Shown in pieces: positions 1 to 12,074 of a DNA stretch of 64,000 nucleotides. The first letter of the stretch is position 1, and the number at the start of each line of letters is the position of its first letter. The translations under genes and the position numbers were made by a program. The notes below the pieces were generated by a model, which did no database searches, had not been told where the DNA came from, and saw only the letters and a list, made by a program, of their open reading frames with translations. This DNA is from Mobula hypostoma. Taxonomy: Eukaryota. Where the stretch lies: the NCBI RefSeq assembly GCF_963921235.1, contig NC_086097.1:89654001-89718000 (forward strand), written 5' to 3'.

Positions 1-479
1 CTTGGATAAACACAAGCCTGACCACTATTCATGACTATGCGGCTTGCTTGAGTGGCAGTACTTTAGTGTTCATTCCTTCCACACCATTGCTGTAGACTGA
101 ATCATCTAAGTACCTTGGACAGTACAGACAAATTATGCTACGGACAAGTTATGCCAAAGGGCCTGTTTCTGTGCTGTATAAATCCATGCCCTTGTCTGCA
201 AAAAGCACTGCAGTTACTTGTCAAGACTCCTTTTACACCATCTTCCCTACTCTATGAACTCTATCATCCAAAAGGGGAAGGCAACAGATGCAAGGGGACA
301 ATACCAGCTATTATTTTCATGCCAATTCTGAGTTATGTCATCTCAGATTGAAATGATACACATCCCATCTTAACTGCAAGACTTCAAGAGGTTTGTTTGT
401 CACCAGCGTCTTAAGGGTGATTTAGGATTGGTAATAAATGCAGCCTTTGAAGGAAAAGGAAATTACATAATTACCTGAT

Positions 480-625
480 ATTTGGTCAGATTGGTTGGGC
501 GATAAAAGATCTTGACGCTGGGGAACACTCCCTTTCTCCTCTTTGAATAGTGCCAGGGGATCTTGGCTTAACCTCAGCTAAAAGACCCCAGGCAGATTGA
601 CATGAAAGGGGAGAATGAGAAATCA
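480..625 (-). mobile_element. Deu-domain SINE fragment (SacSINE/AmnSINE-like), degraded
   Basis: Reverse complement resembles the Deu core (gatccc..ggcactattcaaagaggagaaagggagtgttcccc..); recognised from memory. Confidence 0.45.
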
Positions 626-1329
626 CAATACATTGTCGTCTTAGAAGCAGACAGTGCTGGAGATGTCCTTTCAGTTTAAATCCCCTGAAGGAGTCCCAAC
701 CCTGCCGTTTCCCCAGAGCCCTGCACATTCTCCTTTATGAGTATCTGTGTGAAATATACATTGAATCTGCTTCCAGCACACTTTCAGGCCACGCACTCAT
801 ATCCCACTGTGTGTGAAACAGGTTCCTCATCTTCTCTCTGTCTCAATGGCAATTGTTTTAGATTTAGTGGCTGGTGAAGAACTCCCACAGGCCCTAGCCC
901 ATGCCCTAACAGTTTTAAGTACTGATTTATGAAAACAAATATCTATTCTTCGAAACTAAACAACATCAATCAGTGCTGAGTTGGCCCCCGGTGAGATTCC
1001 TTGGGATTATTTACAACATTTTCAGCACATGGTAAGGTAAATGAGTCTCCCTTTGGGCCTCTAATTCAATTAGCAGTGGGGAGTGTAGTATCAGAAGTGT
1101 ATACAGGTGTCACCAAGAGACTAGATCAAAAAATATTGTTTCAACGCTTGCCTAATCATAGCTAGCCATGGCGCCTGACAGTATGAGGGAAGGGGAGGGT
1201 GTTTTTACAGTATATTCTCCTCCATCTTGCCCATCATTTGAAGGAAGTATCTTTACTGTTAACTATGTGAATGGGAATCATTGCTCTGGAACAGTCATTG
1301 CTCAGCACTCACTGAAGAGGTTTATTTGA

Positions 1330-3110
1330 TTAGGGCTGACTGAAGAGAGTTATTGATCAGGAATCATTATACAGGAATCATTAAACAGAATTCATTCAAG
1401 AAAAATCATTGGGGTGGACATTGAACAAGAAACATTGAAGGGAACTCATACAAGTGAAAACCTTGCAGGGGCCCAGGAGTGGATGGTATCCCTGATGAAG
1501 TTTTCAAACTGTGTGGGTGATGATCTTCAGTCACTAATGCATAATCTCAGATCATCTTGGAAAACCAGGGGACCTATTGTTGTGGCTATCTTCAAAAAAA
1601 AGAGGCAAGTCCAATACTGGTGACTACAGAGGGATCTCCATGTTGTCTGCCACAGAGAAATTAATTACCATGGTCCCCCTCAAATATGCCCAGCCAGTGC
1701 AGGAGATGTCACCCAAATCTCAGTGTGGATCTGCCCATCCAAAGACAGAGCAGACACGATCTTTACCAGGGTGCAACTCCAAGGGAAAGTTAGGGAGCAG
1801 AACCAACCAGTAAACATGGCTGTAGAGGAGTTTAGTGAAGTTTTTGACTCCATCAACTGGTCAACTGGGGAGCACTATGGAACCTGTTCCTCAAATTTGT
1901 CTGCCCCCAAAAATAAATAATCTCTCCATGTTGTAGCTGCAAGTCCAGCTCCTAACCAACCGGTCAATAACAGAGCAAACACGAGGAAATCTGCAGATGC
2001 TGGAATTTCAAGCAGCAATTTTTGTGTGTGTTGGTCAATAATAGAGCTTGTCTCAGTGAAGGCCAGTGTCAAGCAAGGTTGCATCGTTGCACCAATAATC
2101 TTTTAAATCATTCTTGTCACAATGTTGCACTAAATTTCTTACTGGAGTGGAGCTAATCTTCAAAACTAATAGGAAGCAATCCCATCTACAACAATTGCAC
2201 CGGCTCCAAGACGAACCGCAGTTGAGCTGCAGCTAGCAGATGATGCTTATATTTGTGTATATTTAGATGCCAAGTTGCAAGCTTATTCACCGAAGCACAC
2301 AAGAAACGGAACCATGCACTCAACAAGTGCAAAACAAAGGTCTGCTGCCAACCTGCCATCATTGTGCATCACCACCCTCTCACCATAAGATCCTGGAAAC
2401 ATGGACAACTTCTGAAGAATAACCACCTAGCAAAGCCAGATCTCGATGATAAAGTTCACCGTTCCCCTCAGTGCACAAGAGAGGCTATGGTCAATTGAGA
2501 AAAAGGATGTTTGTAAAATCAAACGTGGCACAAAACTCTTGGTTTGTAGGGCAGCAACGATCCTTCGTTTCCAATATGCTTCGTACACGTAGACATATGA
2601 AGCCTCTGGAAATGTACCAGCAATGGTCTCCCTGCAAGATTCTTCATATCCAGTGAAGATGACAAAATAATGCCAGTGTCTGCTCCCAGGTCAATGTCTG
2701 CAGCATTGAGACCCTAACTACATTCAGTCGGTTCCAATGGTCAGGTCAGGTCAGGTCATTGACACCCACGTCACCAGGCTCCTGAAGCAGGCAGTCTATC
2801 CCATGCTTCTTCATGGCAAGAGGTTGCCGGACCAAAAGACTGAAAAGAAATCTGAGGATGTGCTTAAAAATGCGGAATTTCTGGTTTGTAACTGGTCAAA
2901 TTGGAGAAGGAATATTTGGGATGGGATTCAACATGGTGCAAAAGGAGCACACAAAGGTCACAAGTCAACTCTCTACCTGCCCAGATATGTCCTACCTGTG
3001 GAAAAGTCTGCAGTTCCCACATTGTCTCAGTGGGCATCTGCTGAATTCACAAAGCAGAGTGAAAGAAAGTCTTTTTCAATCGTGATGGCTTCCCTGGGAG
3101 GAGGAAAATG
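1330..3110 (+). mobile_element. RTE-clade LINE, degraded RT and C-terminus
   Basis: Frameshifted motifs IVVAIFKK, GDYRGISMLS, SQCG, TIFTRVQLQGKVREQNQP, VKQGCIVAP, LQLADD, LKQAVYPMLLHGKR. Confidence 0.85.
1977..2032. mobile_element. 56-bp Penelope-type terminal fragment inserted into the RTE, with 15-bp TSD
   Basis: Flanked by ggtcaataa(c/t)agagc at 1962-1976 and 2033-2047; contains aaatctgcagatgctgga and tttgtgtgtgtt. Confidence 0.7.
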
Positions 3111-3699
3111 ACAGAGTAAAAAATGAGGAAGAGGGAGAGCCATTGTAAGAGCCACCATTGTAAGAGTCCAGCATTGCAGAAGAGTCACTAATGCGGAGCC
3201 ATTGATACAGACTAGCTGAAGAAGAGCTATTGAGGAAGAATCAGGAAACTTCTGTTAATGAAGAGGACTGAACAGAATTCTCTGAAGTCGCTATTAAATG
3301 ATAAAGACTTAAGAGGAATCTGAACACAGTTTCTCCAACTAATTGGTACAGCAGTCCTAGAGAGCTACAATCTGCTCCCTGAATGTGACTGAACAAGTCA
3401 CTAACATGACTGCATGTGTACAGGGTAGAGACAGCACTTGTGGTTGTCTCACAAATTTCAGCGCTCTCTTCCCAAGCTTGACAGTTATAAATTGAAAACT
3501 ATCTTTCTCAGTCAAAGCTTAACATGCACCAAGTCTGACAAAAACAGTTTCCCTTTGCTCAGTTGTACACATCAACGCCCAGTCAGGCAACGCCTGTGTA
3601 AAATGCCCATTCATGTTGCTTGCCTCTTTCTAAGTTCTGTAACTTCTGCTAACTCTTGTATCCCTGCATTCCTCCATTTTCAGACCCTTGTACATCTTT

Positions 3700-3962
3700 G
3701 ATTTTTGTCCTTGCGCTGTTGTGACTGTCCCTTCATGTACCTGGGGTTGATGCTATGAAAATCACCTTTTAAATCTTTTTATTTCTATTGTGCCTCTTTT
3801 AAATCCCTCCTCAAAGTTGCCCTCTTCTGACCAAGCCTTTAGGTACTTTTCCTGCTGCCTTCTCATGAAGCTCAGTGTCAGATGTAACTCACTAACACTT
3901 GTGCGAAATGGCCCAGACATTCCTCTGCATTAAATGCATTACATAAATACAAGTGTGCTGTG
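3700..3962 (+). mobile_element. L2-clade LINE 3' tail
   Basis: ctcttctgaccaagcctttaggt...ctcagtgtcag...ataaatacaagtgtgctgt matches the L2 tail pattern. Confidence 0.5.
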
Positions 3963-4469
3963 CATTTCACTCAGTTTTGATTACTGTTTCTCATCCTGCT
4001 CCCACCCCCTCACTTTCATCTCCCACGTCATAAATTCATCTGATATGCATATGAGAAACATGCTTATGGAAGAATTGACAAGGTTATTAGAGGTGTGTTT
4101 GCTGTTGGTGTCAGCATTAACAAGTACCAAGGCAGCAGTGGCATAAACACAGTTTGGGTAGAATAAACCCTTCAAGACATGCTGAACTTTGTCAGTCTAC
4201 TACACCTGCCCACTCCACTTTGACCTCCTCTCATCAAACTGCAGCCCCCCCAACCAACGTGTCACCCACACTGACGAACCCAGTGTGCCCACAGACTCAA
4301 GTGAGTCGCAAGCACCTGTATGTGGTATGAATCCAGCTGCCATATTGCAACTCTCCCCCGCGTGTGTCTCTTGTGGTTTCCCTGTTATTATTTACTGAGA
4401 TTGTCAGGTTGAAAATCTGGTACAGTTAGTAGACTGCCAGTGCAAAAGGAAAATAAATCATTCTTGTCT

Positions 4470-4720
4470 TCTCAACTCTGGGTGAGAAGCTCATGGGTTC
4501 ATCTGGCAGTCTGAGTTTATAATCCAAGCTGAGGCACACAGAGTAGCACTGTCAGAGAGCCATACAGTCAGAGGGGTTCTCCTTCAAAAAGGTTTCAAAA
4601 CCAAACTCTTGAGTGGACGTAAAGGAGCCCTCTTTCATTAAAAAAACATTTTCAAGTATCCTGATCAATATTTAGCACTGAATCAAAATCTTCCAAAAGC
4701 ACGTTATATTGTCACATGGC
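4470..4720 (+). mobile_element. Deu-domain SINE, degraded
   Basis: gtagcactgtcagag...gagtggacgtaaaggagccc...tcctgatcaatatttagc. Confidence 0.5.
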
Positions 4721-4829
4721 ATGGAGACACACCCTCAGCTCACTCCTTCCATACCAATTATCAAGCACACACTTACAAACCTGTTTTACTCTTTCATGTT
4801 CTCATTAAATCCCCTAAGCTTTTAAACTT

Positions 4830-4948
4830 GCCTACATACCAGGAAGTATTTACAGTGGCCAGTTAACACACCAACCCACACATTTTAGGAATGTCGGAGT
4901 AGACCAGAGCACATGGGGTAAACAGACATGGTCACGGGAAAGCAGTCA
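4830..4948 (-). mobile_element. V-SINE/HE1-like fragment
   Basis: Reverse complement of the central V domain (cccgtgaccatg...tgctctggtctactccgacattcc). Confidence 0.55.
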
Positions 4949-4952
4949 AACT

Positions 4953-5040
4953 TTTGAAGAAGGGTCTCAGTCCGAACAGTCGACTGTTTACTCCTTTCCT
5001 GCCTGCTGAGTTCCTCCAGCATCTTGTGCGTGTGTTGCAA
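4953..5040 (+). mobile_element. Penelope-type terminal repeat fragment with degenerate hammerhead core
   Basis: tgaagaagggtctcagtccgaacagtcgactg...ctgctgagttcctccagcat. Confidence 0.6.
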
Positions 5041-5755
5041 ACTTCCTATTAACGGCACACAAGATCTGGATCGAAAACAGGTTCCTGGAAATGAGATGCA
5101 GTGGATCTACAAGCTGCATAATTGCGCAAGATCACACTGGGTTTTACGTAATCTTGCCAAGTCGAAGTTGGTTGCAGAATTCCTCCTTGTTACAGTGGCT
5201 GCATTTAGGTATCAGCTTAATGCCTGTGAAGTATTTCATGTTTGGGAACAGCACGGACTAATGCGAGCGTTTTGCTTGTTAGAGATGCAGAGATTCTACA
5301 GCGATTAAATTTGCCCGCAGTGACAGCTTGCCCTTAAGGAAAACTATACCTACCACGAGGTAAACAGAAAGAACGTACTTTAGATACAGAGAAGGAAAGA
5401 TGGAAAGGCAGAGATGGCAGAGACTGAGGGAATGCACTCTAAACAATGTTGAGAGGAGTAAGAGGACTTTGCCATGCTTACTGAGGGAAATCAAGACAAG
5501 AAATAGAACTTAGCATAAATTAATTCAATATAAAATAAGCACAGAAAGCAAAACAGAGAGGGAAAAAAATAAAATTGAGATAGAGATAAAAGACACAGAA
5601 GAATAAGGATTGTTTTGTTGTAATTCACCAACAATAATTACAACCTGAAAGCAGTGCACTTAGGAAAATAAATACGTCCAGTGCTGGGGTGGGCAGCCTG
5701 TTTCACTGTGAATAAAAATGATAATACTATTAAGCAGATCATTTTAACCTGAAAA

Positions 5756-5947
5756 CTTTCAGTCACCTACACCACCTACACCAAGCTTGTAGCTTTCTGC
5801 CTAATTATATTTTATGACATACCTATAATGTTCTGTGGCATATTTTACCACATAGTAATGTACATATGCAACTTATCATTGTATGTCATAAAATATAATT
5901 AAGCAGAAAGCTACAAGCTTGGTGTAGGTGGTGTTGGTGACTGAAAG
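5756..5947. repeat. Long inverted repeat, 67-bp arms, 58-bp spacer
   Basis: 5756-5822 is the reverse complement of 5881-5947 with 2 mismatches. Confidence 0.95.
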
Positions 5948-6190
5948 CTTGATAAGAGAAATGGGTTTTAGGGATTCTTTTAAAAAGGGGAGAAAATAGA
6001 GTGGAAATATGTGGGGTTGGGGTTGATTCCAGGGCTAAGGGGCTGAGGGAACTTAATGTTGAAATTGTTCGAGTTACTGAAATAGGACAGTGCAGGAGAC
6101 TTGAACTGGAGAAGTTTAGGTAACAAAGAGTTGAGGACTAAAGGAGGCTATCAAGATGCAGAAGAGCAAGGCCAAGGATGGAGTCAGTAA
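5935..6190 (-). mobile_element. L2-clade LINE 3' region, degraded
   Basis: ggtgactgaaagcttgataagagaaatgggttttaggg...ttccagggctaagggg resembles the antisense L2 3' region. Confidence 0.5.
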
Positions 6191-6249
6191 CATTGTAATA
6201 TCATGCTTCTCCGTGAACTTCTAGAAGGCCATGCACAGGCACCAAAAAA

Positions 6250-6500
6250 CAAAATGCAGGTACTCAAAATCTGAAATAAAATTCAGAAAACGCTGGAACC
6301 ACTCAACAGGTCAGGCAGCATCTGTTCAGAGAGAAAAGCACAGCTCACACTTCAGGTTGAAGAACCTTTGTCAGAACTTGGAAAGGGAGTAAACATGTGA
6401 AAAGTGAGTTGAAGAGAAAGTGGGGAAGGGGGGTATGGAATGAAGGTATACCACATCTCAAAGAGCGGGAGGGAAGCTGAAGCCAGTGAGGATAAAGAAG
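6250..6500 (-). mobile_element. Penelope-type terminal repeat fragment
   Basis: ctggaaccactcaacaggtcaggcagcatctg plus purine-rich tract; related copies at ~7110-7215, 11040-11260, 15160-15280, 18700-18890, 47300-47530. Confidence 0.55.
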
Positions 6501-6604
6501 GCAAACAGAACATAGAGCATGTAACACCACAGCACACAATAAGCCCACCGTCGCACGACGTTGTGCTGACTCTTTAGCACACTCTAAGATCAATCTAACC
6601 AAAA

Positions 6605-7045
6605 CAACTTACCTACTTCCCGTTACACCGCTGGCATTTAGGGCAGCAGTGAAGGACCTCTGTCTCTGGTGGTGTTCAGGGCCGTGTCAGTGGCATCCTC
6701 TTGATTTTCCTTACTGTTAGTCATGCAAGTGCAGGGTGGAGTCTCAGGAATACTGTCGCACTCAGATGTAGAATGATTCTTCATTGCTGTTTCCATAACG
6801 ATTCTGTTTGATCAGTCAGGGTTTTTAGCCCTGAGCTGAATCCCCGATCCTGGAGGACCAGTGAACCACTCTTAGTTTGTCCTCTACCCTTTGACCTTAC
6901 CAAGAGACAAAGCATAAGGCCCTGACTCCAGCCTGGAGTCATTGAGGTACACAAGCCTCTAAACTCTACGACAAGGTTGTGGTCCTCTTGCAGGAACCAA
7001 AATGAAACAGACAGAAATTCCACAGGGATGCGGAAGACCGCTTCT
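6605..7045 (-). mobile_element. Bipartite non-autonomous RTE derivative (5' UTR joined to 3' end)
   Basis: Minus strand has an RTE-like 5' UTR (ggtcctccagg..ctcagggcta) joined to 3' end reading ..SFTAALNASGVTGSR* and a (aagt/aggt) tail. Confidence 0.6.
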
Positions 7046-8005
7046 TCCTAGCTGGCATTCCAGCTGGGAAAGAGGCAGTATATTCAACAGGAAATGAGAA
7101 TAATAAAATGGCCTTTGCTGGAAATCTGAAATAAAAACAGAAAACACTGGAAACACTCAGCAGGTCAGGGAGCATCTGAGCAGAGAGAAAAACAGCTAAC
7201 GTTTCAGTTCCAAGAAGTGAATGAGACATCTTTTTCTTCATCTGCTTACTACAACAGCTTGCCTGCATATTGCTACTTTAATATAGCACAATTGCCAGGT
7301 CAGTTCATTAAAGTGTTACTGAACAAAGCAAAGCTTGTGGCATTACAGACCATTAGAACAGAGCCCCTGAATTTCCATTATAACTGCCTTTCCGTTTTCT
7401 CCATTGTAGTGGTGAGTGCTGATAGTCTGACCTATGGATTCAATTATAATTCAAGAAAGAAGAGAGATGATTTGGAATTATTATCTTTTTGACAGACCAC
7501 CGTACGTTGTGGAAAGTTGTCAGCGTGGAGCACCTTGATCCAAAGCACTTTATTAGGGCTTGTTTTACCTTTGCAGTGTGGCTTGTGGTATGTTTGGGAA
7601 TAGAACTTTTCTCCAGTCACCCCCAGAGGGTGAAATCCCAGCTGCAGGATGCCTAGCTGCTCTCCGAGAAAGACACAGAGCCAGTCCGGTTGACTTGGCA
7701 ACAAGTTAAAAAGAAATTATATACACATGTACCATCCTTCATGCTTAGCTACAGGCAGGAGCTTTGGCCTTTGTTCCATTTGCAGGAGGGATGCTGCAAA
7801 ACAATGGCTGACAGATAGCTTGAGGCACAGAGAAACACTGTATGTGGCTTATCCTCAGTTACATTTGATACAGAAACACTGTCCCCTACTCAATGAGACC
7901 CTAATGAGTACTGAGTAGAGGAACCATAGAAATTCAGACAGTGGAAACTTTATCTGACTGACTCCACCACAGAGACAGAAAGAATAAATGGCATGAAGTG
8001 AGCAC

Positions 8006-8100
8006 TTAGCTGTGTGATCTGGATCAGATCTGGTATAGGAGCTTGGTGATCTGGATCAGATCCAGTGCATTAGCCTTGTGATCTGGATTAGATCTGGTAA
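8006..8100. repeat. 3 x 32-bp tandem repeat with internal dyad GATCTG-N3-CAGATC
   Basis: Cores begin at 8016, 8048, 8080. Confidence 0.85.
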
Positions 8101-8799
8101 AGATTTTTTTTTAAGAGATTAGTTTTATTTGTCACATGTACAGTGAAAAGCTTCATTTTGTGTCAATGACCAACAGAGTCCAAGGATGTGCTGGGACAGC
8201 CTACGAGTGTTGTCGTACTTCTAGTGCCCACGTAACATGCCTACAGCTTACTAACACCAACTCATACTTCACCGGTACGTGCAGAAAACCCATCAGTCGC
8301 AGGGAGTACGTACAGGAGCCCTGTGATCCATAGTATACCCTATCTGGGTGTTGAATGGCCCAGTTTAATTCCAGGAGCTGGTACCTGTGTCATGAATACA
8401 TCTTGATGCTGCTTTATAAAATTCTTTCTATCACCTGGTACGGCTGTCTGACGAGCCACAGCAGCCTCTGCAAATCACAGTGCTGCACGTTTGGTTCTCC
8501 TAGCACCGCTGATCTAGATCTGAAGTTCACTGTAATTGAAGGGGGATTCCAGGCATCTTATCAAGGTATCTGAGCAGCTTCATTAAGATATGCTGTCACT
8601 CCCATCTCTCAGTGACTGCAAAACAAGTAACAGCAAATGACCAGGTTGTCTGGATCAGCTGCAGGTTCAAGAACAAACCCAAAGACTAACACTGACACAA
8701 CTCCGGCGTTGTGCTGAAGGAGGCCAGCAACATTAAATAAAACTTAAACTGGATACGAAAGCATTTTTAATTCCTGATAAAACATCTCATGGTTCCTCT

Positions 8800-9310
8800 G
8801 TCATTGAACATACAACAGACACCAATACAGTATAGGAACAGGCCCTACGGCCCATCATGTCTGTACCGAACACGATGCCAAATTAAACTGAATCTCTTCT
8901 CGCTGCTCATGATCCATGCTCCTCATTTCCTGCATGTTTATATGTCTAATTAAGCCTTCACAAACACCCCTGGCAGTTTGAGACATGTATCACACTGTGT
9001 AAAATAATCTGCCTTGCCCATCTCCATTAAACTTTTCCCCTCTCATCTCAAATGCATGTCAACTAGTACTTGATGTGTGATCCTAGGGAAAAAATGCAGG
9101 CTGCTTACTCTATCCATGTCTCTCATCACTTTATAAAGTTTTATCAATTCTTGCCTTAGCCACCGCTGCTCCAGTGAAAGCAACTCAAGTTTGTTCTTCC
9201 TCTCCTCATAGCTCAGGTTCTTTAATCCAGGCAGCATCCTGATAAACCTCTTCTGCTTCCTCTCCAAATGCTCCATGCTCTTCCTATAATGGCGAGACCA
9301 GAATTCTGTG
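8800..9310 (-). mobile_element. CR1 LINE 3' fragment
   Basis: ORF 9043..9276 LERKQKRFIRMLPGLKNLSYEER. Confidence 0.85.
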
Positions 9311-10099
9311 TAACCAGAATTGCACTTGGAAGAGGCACAGGGAACGTTTCCCCAAGCTGAGGAGAAGACTCCCCCAGGAACCTCCCCACATGCTTCTCAC
9401 ACTGGATCCAGGGTGCTTGTATACAGCAAACCTTTGCGTTCTTTTTCAAGTCCATGAGGTAGCTGGTGTCTCCCCCGCCCCGGAGGATTCGCATCATACA
9501 CCTTCCTCTGTCAGTACTACAGAGAAACCAAATCACTCTCAACGGCCTCGGAGGTGGAGGATGCAGAGGTTCGAGCCAAACATTTAACAGTCTAGTGACA
9601 TTTCTGCCTCCATCCGAGCAGGTGAGTGACAAAAAGTGGGTAAGGAGTTACAGGAGGCTGCTTGCACAACCTGCCCACACTCACTGCAACATCAGAAGTT
9701 AGTGGGCAGGCAGGAAGGGGATCTGAAGGAATTATGTGGATCAACAGTTGGACCTCCCATGTTATCTGTAACCACGCACAGCACATTAAAAAGCCTCAAA
9801 TAACATGGGCAATTCTTGAATCTTGGGTGATACTGATTTAAAAAGAAGCACAGTAAGAAAGCTTTGATATCAAGGCTCTTTAATATCTCAACGTTTCAAA
9901 TTTCTCTGTCAGCAGTTCTGCTGGATAATAATATGACACGCTTATGCAAGTGTGGAAGGAGTGATAAACCACACAGGCCTCATGCCTGCTTTACCATTCA
10001 ATATGACTGACCATTACTGATGCACTGGAGGCAGCTTTCTCATCTGATCCTTAAATCCATAATGTTTTACTACTTTCCTAATTCTTATGCTGAAAGGTT

Positions 10100-11012
10100 A
10101 TATAGAAACATAGAAACATAAAAAACCTACAGCACAATACAGGCCCTTTGGCCCACAAAGCTGTGCCGAATATGTCCTTACCTTAGAAATTACCTAGGGT
10201 TACCAATAGCCATCTATTTTTCTAATCTCCATGTACCTATCCAGGAGTCTCTTAAAAGACCCTATCGTATCCGCCTCACCACCGTCGCCGGCAGCCCATT
10301 CCATGCACTCACCTCTCTCTGCGTAAAAAACTTACCCCTGACATCTCCTCTGTACCTACTTCCAAGCACCTTAAAACTGTGCCCTCTCGTGCTAGCCATT
10401 TCAGCCCTGGGAAAAAGCCTCTGACTATCCACATGATCAATCTCCTCTCACCATCTTGTACACCTCTATCAGGTCACCTCTCATCCTCTGTCGCTCCAAG
10501 GAGAAAAGGCTGAGTTCACTCAACCTGTTTTCATAAGGCACGCTCGCCCAATCCAGGCAACATCCTTGTAAATCTCCTCTGCACCCTTTCTATGGTTTCC
10601 ACATCCTTTCTGTAGTGCGGCGACCAGAACTGAGCACAGTACTCCAAGTGGGGTCTGATCAGGGTCCTAAATAGCTGCAACATTACTTCTCGGCTCCTGA
10701 GCTCAATCCCACGATTGATGAAGGCCAATGCACCGTATGCTTTCTTAACCACAGAGTCAACCTGCACAGCAGCTTTGAATGTCCTATGGACTCGGACCCC
10801 AAGATCCCTCTGATCCTCCACACTACCAAGAGTCTTACCATTAATACTATATTCCGCCATCATATTTGACCTACCGAAATGAACCACCTCACACTTATCT
10901 GGGTTGAACTCCATTTGCTACTTCTCAGCCCAGTTTTGCGTCCTATCAATGTCCTGCTGTAGCTTCTGACAGCCCTCCACACTATCCACAACACCTCAGC
11001 CTTTGTGTCATC
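10100..11012 (-). mobile_element. CR1 LINE 3' fragment, relatively young
   Basis: ORF 10531..10914 MEFNPDKCEVVHFG..RPHLEYCAQFWSPHYRKD; catagaaa tail repeats. Confidence 0.95.
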
Positions 11013-12074
11013 AACCTCTATGTAACCTAGTCTTCCCTTCCAGAGTTTCTCCCCTAAAATAATCTGTCTCTCTGACACCAGTTTGCAGCCTTTATTGAAC
11101 CCAACCATGAACCATTCTGCACTCTTGTCTCACACTTAGGGGCTCAACCCAACGTCAGCCATCCCTTTGCCTCCTTAGATGCTGCTCGGCCCACTGAGCT
11201 CCTACAGCATTTTGTTTCTTCCTCCACATTCCAGCTTCTGAAGTGTCTTTTATCTCCAGCCTCTGGGATAGAGATCTCCAAAGACTTGACAAGAGCTTGA
11301 GATAAAGCAGTATTAAAACACGCTTCAAAAACCTTAACAAGCAAACACTGATCTTGAGGGGCAAGGGAGATATTGAAAATACTCAGCAATCCAGAAAGAA
11401 ACAGTTATTGATTTGGAGCATAGTCCAGAAGCTAAATCACTTGCAAGAAATGGTTTTGAGCCAGCAGATCATATACAGCTGGTGGAGCAGATATGAAGGG
11501 CCAGGTAGTTTATCACTTTTATGTTAAAAGCTCACCAACCTGAAATGGTAACCAAGTTTTCATTCTGCAGATGCTGCCTTCAAACTTCGAAGACCTCAAG
11601 TTCTGAAATACCCTCCCTAAAGCTTTTTGTCTCTGTCCATGGCAAGAATTTCTCTGAAGCCAATTCTGCCTGTTCTGATGGAACAGGTTTTCATCATTTC
11701 TTCTGTGCAACGCAACATCACACTCAGTGTAGTTATACTCCTGTGAAGCAGTTTGAGATCTAGTCCCACGTTGGAGGTGGTGCATTGTTATATCTGTTTC
11801 CAGCACCTGTACTTCTTTGCTTTCATTTTCGGCGGGAATTAGAAAAGGTGATTCAAAGCTGGAGGTTTGCATGATGAAGCACCTTAAAGGGGCTTGAGAG
11901 GACGAGATGTGGAGGGATTGGAGGCAGGGTCAAGTTAGGGAGGAATGGCAGGGCCTATAGGTTCCAGGGAAGATAAAACCAATGAGGGAATAAAGAAATT
12001 GTCAACCACTGAGAAACAGAATCATAAGCAAAGATGCTTCCTGCTCCTCCTTAATCTATCTCATCACTCTCTAC

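Noticed and set aside
8006..8100. CRISPR-like repeat-spacer array
   Set aside because: Eukaryotic context, three units, linkers are short and mutually similar, no cas genes.
9451..9626. Plus-strand exon between ttttcaag and CAG|GTGAGT
   Set aside because: All three frames from that acceptor contain stops; a downstream acceptor gives an unrecognisable peptide. A non-coding exon cannot be excluded.
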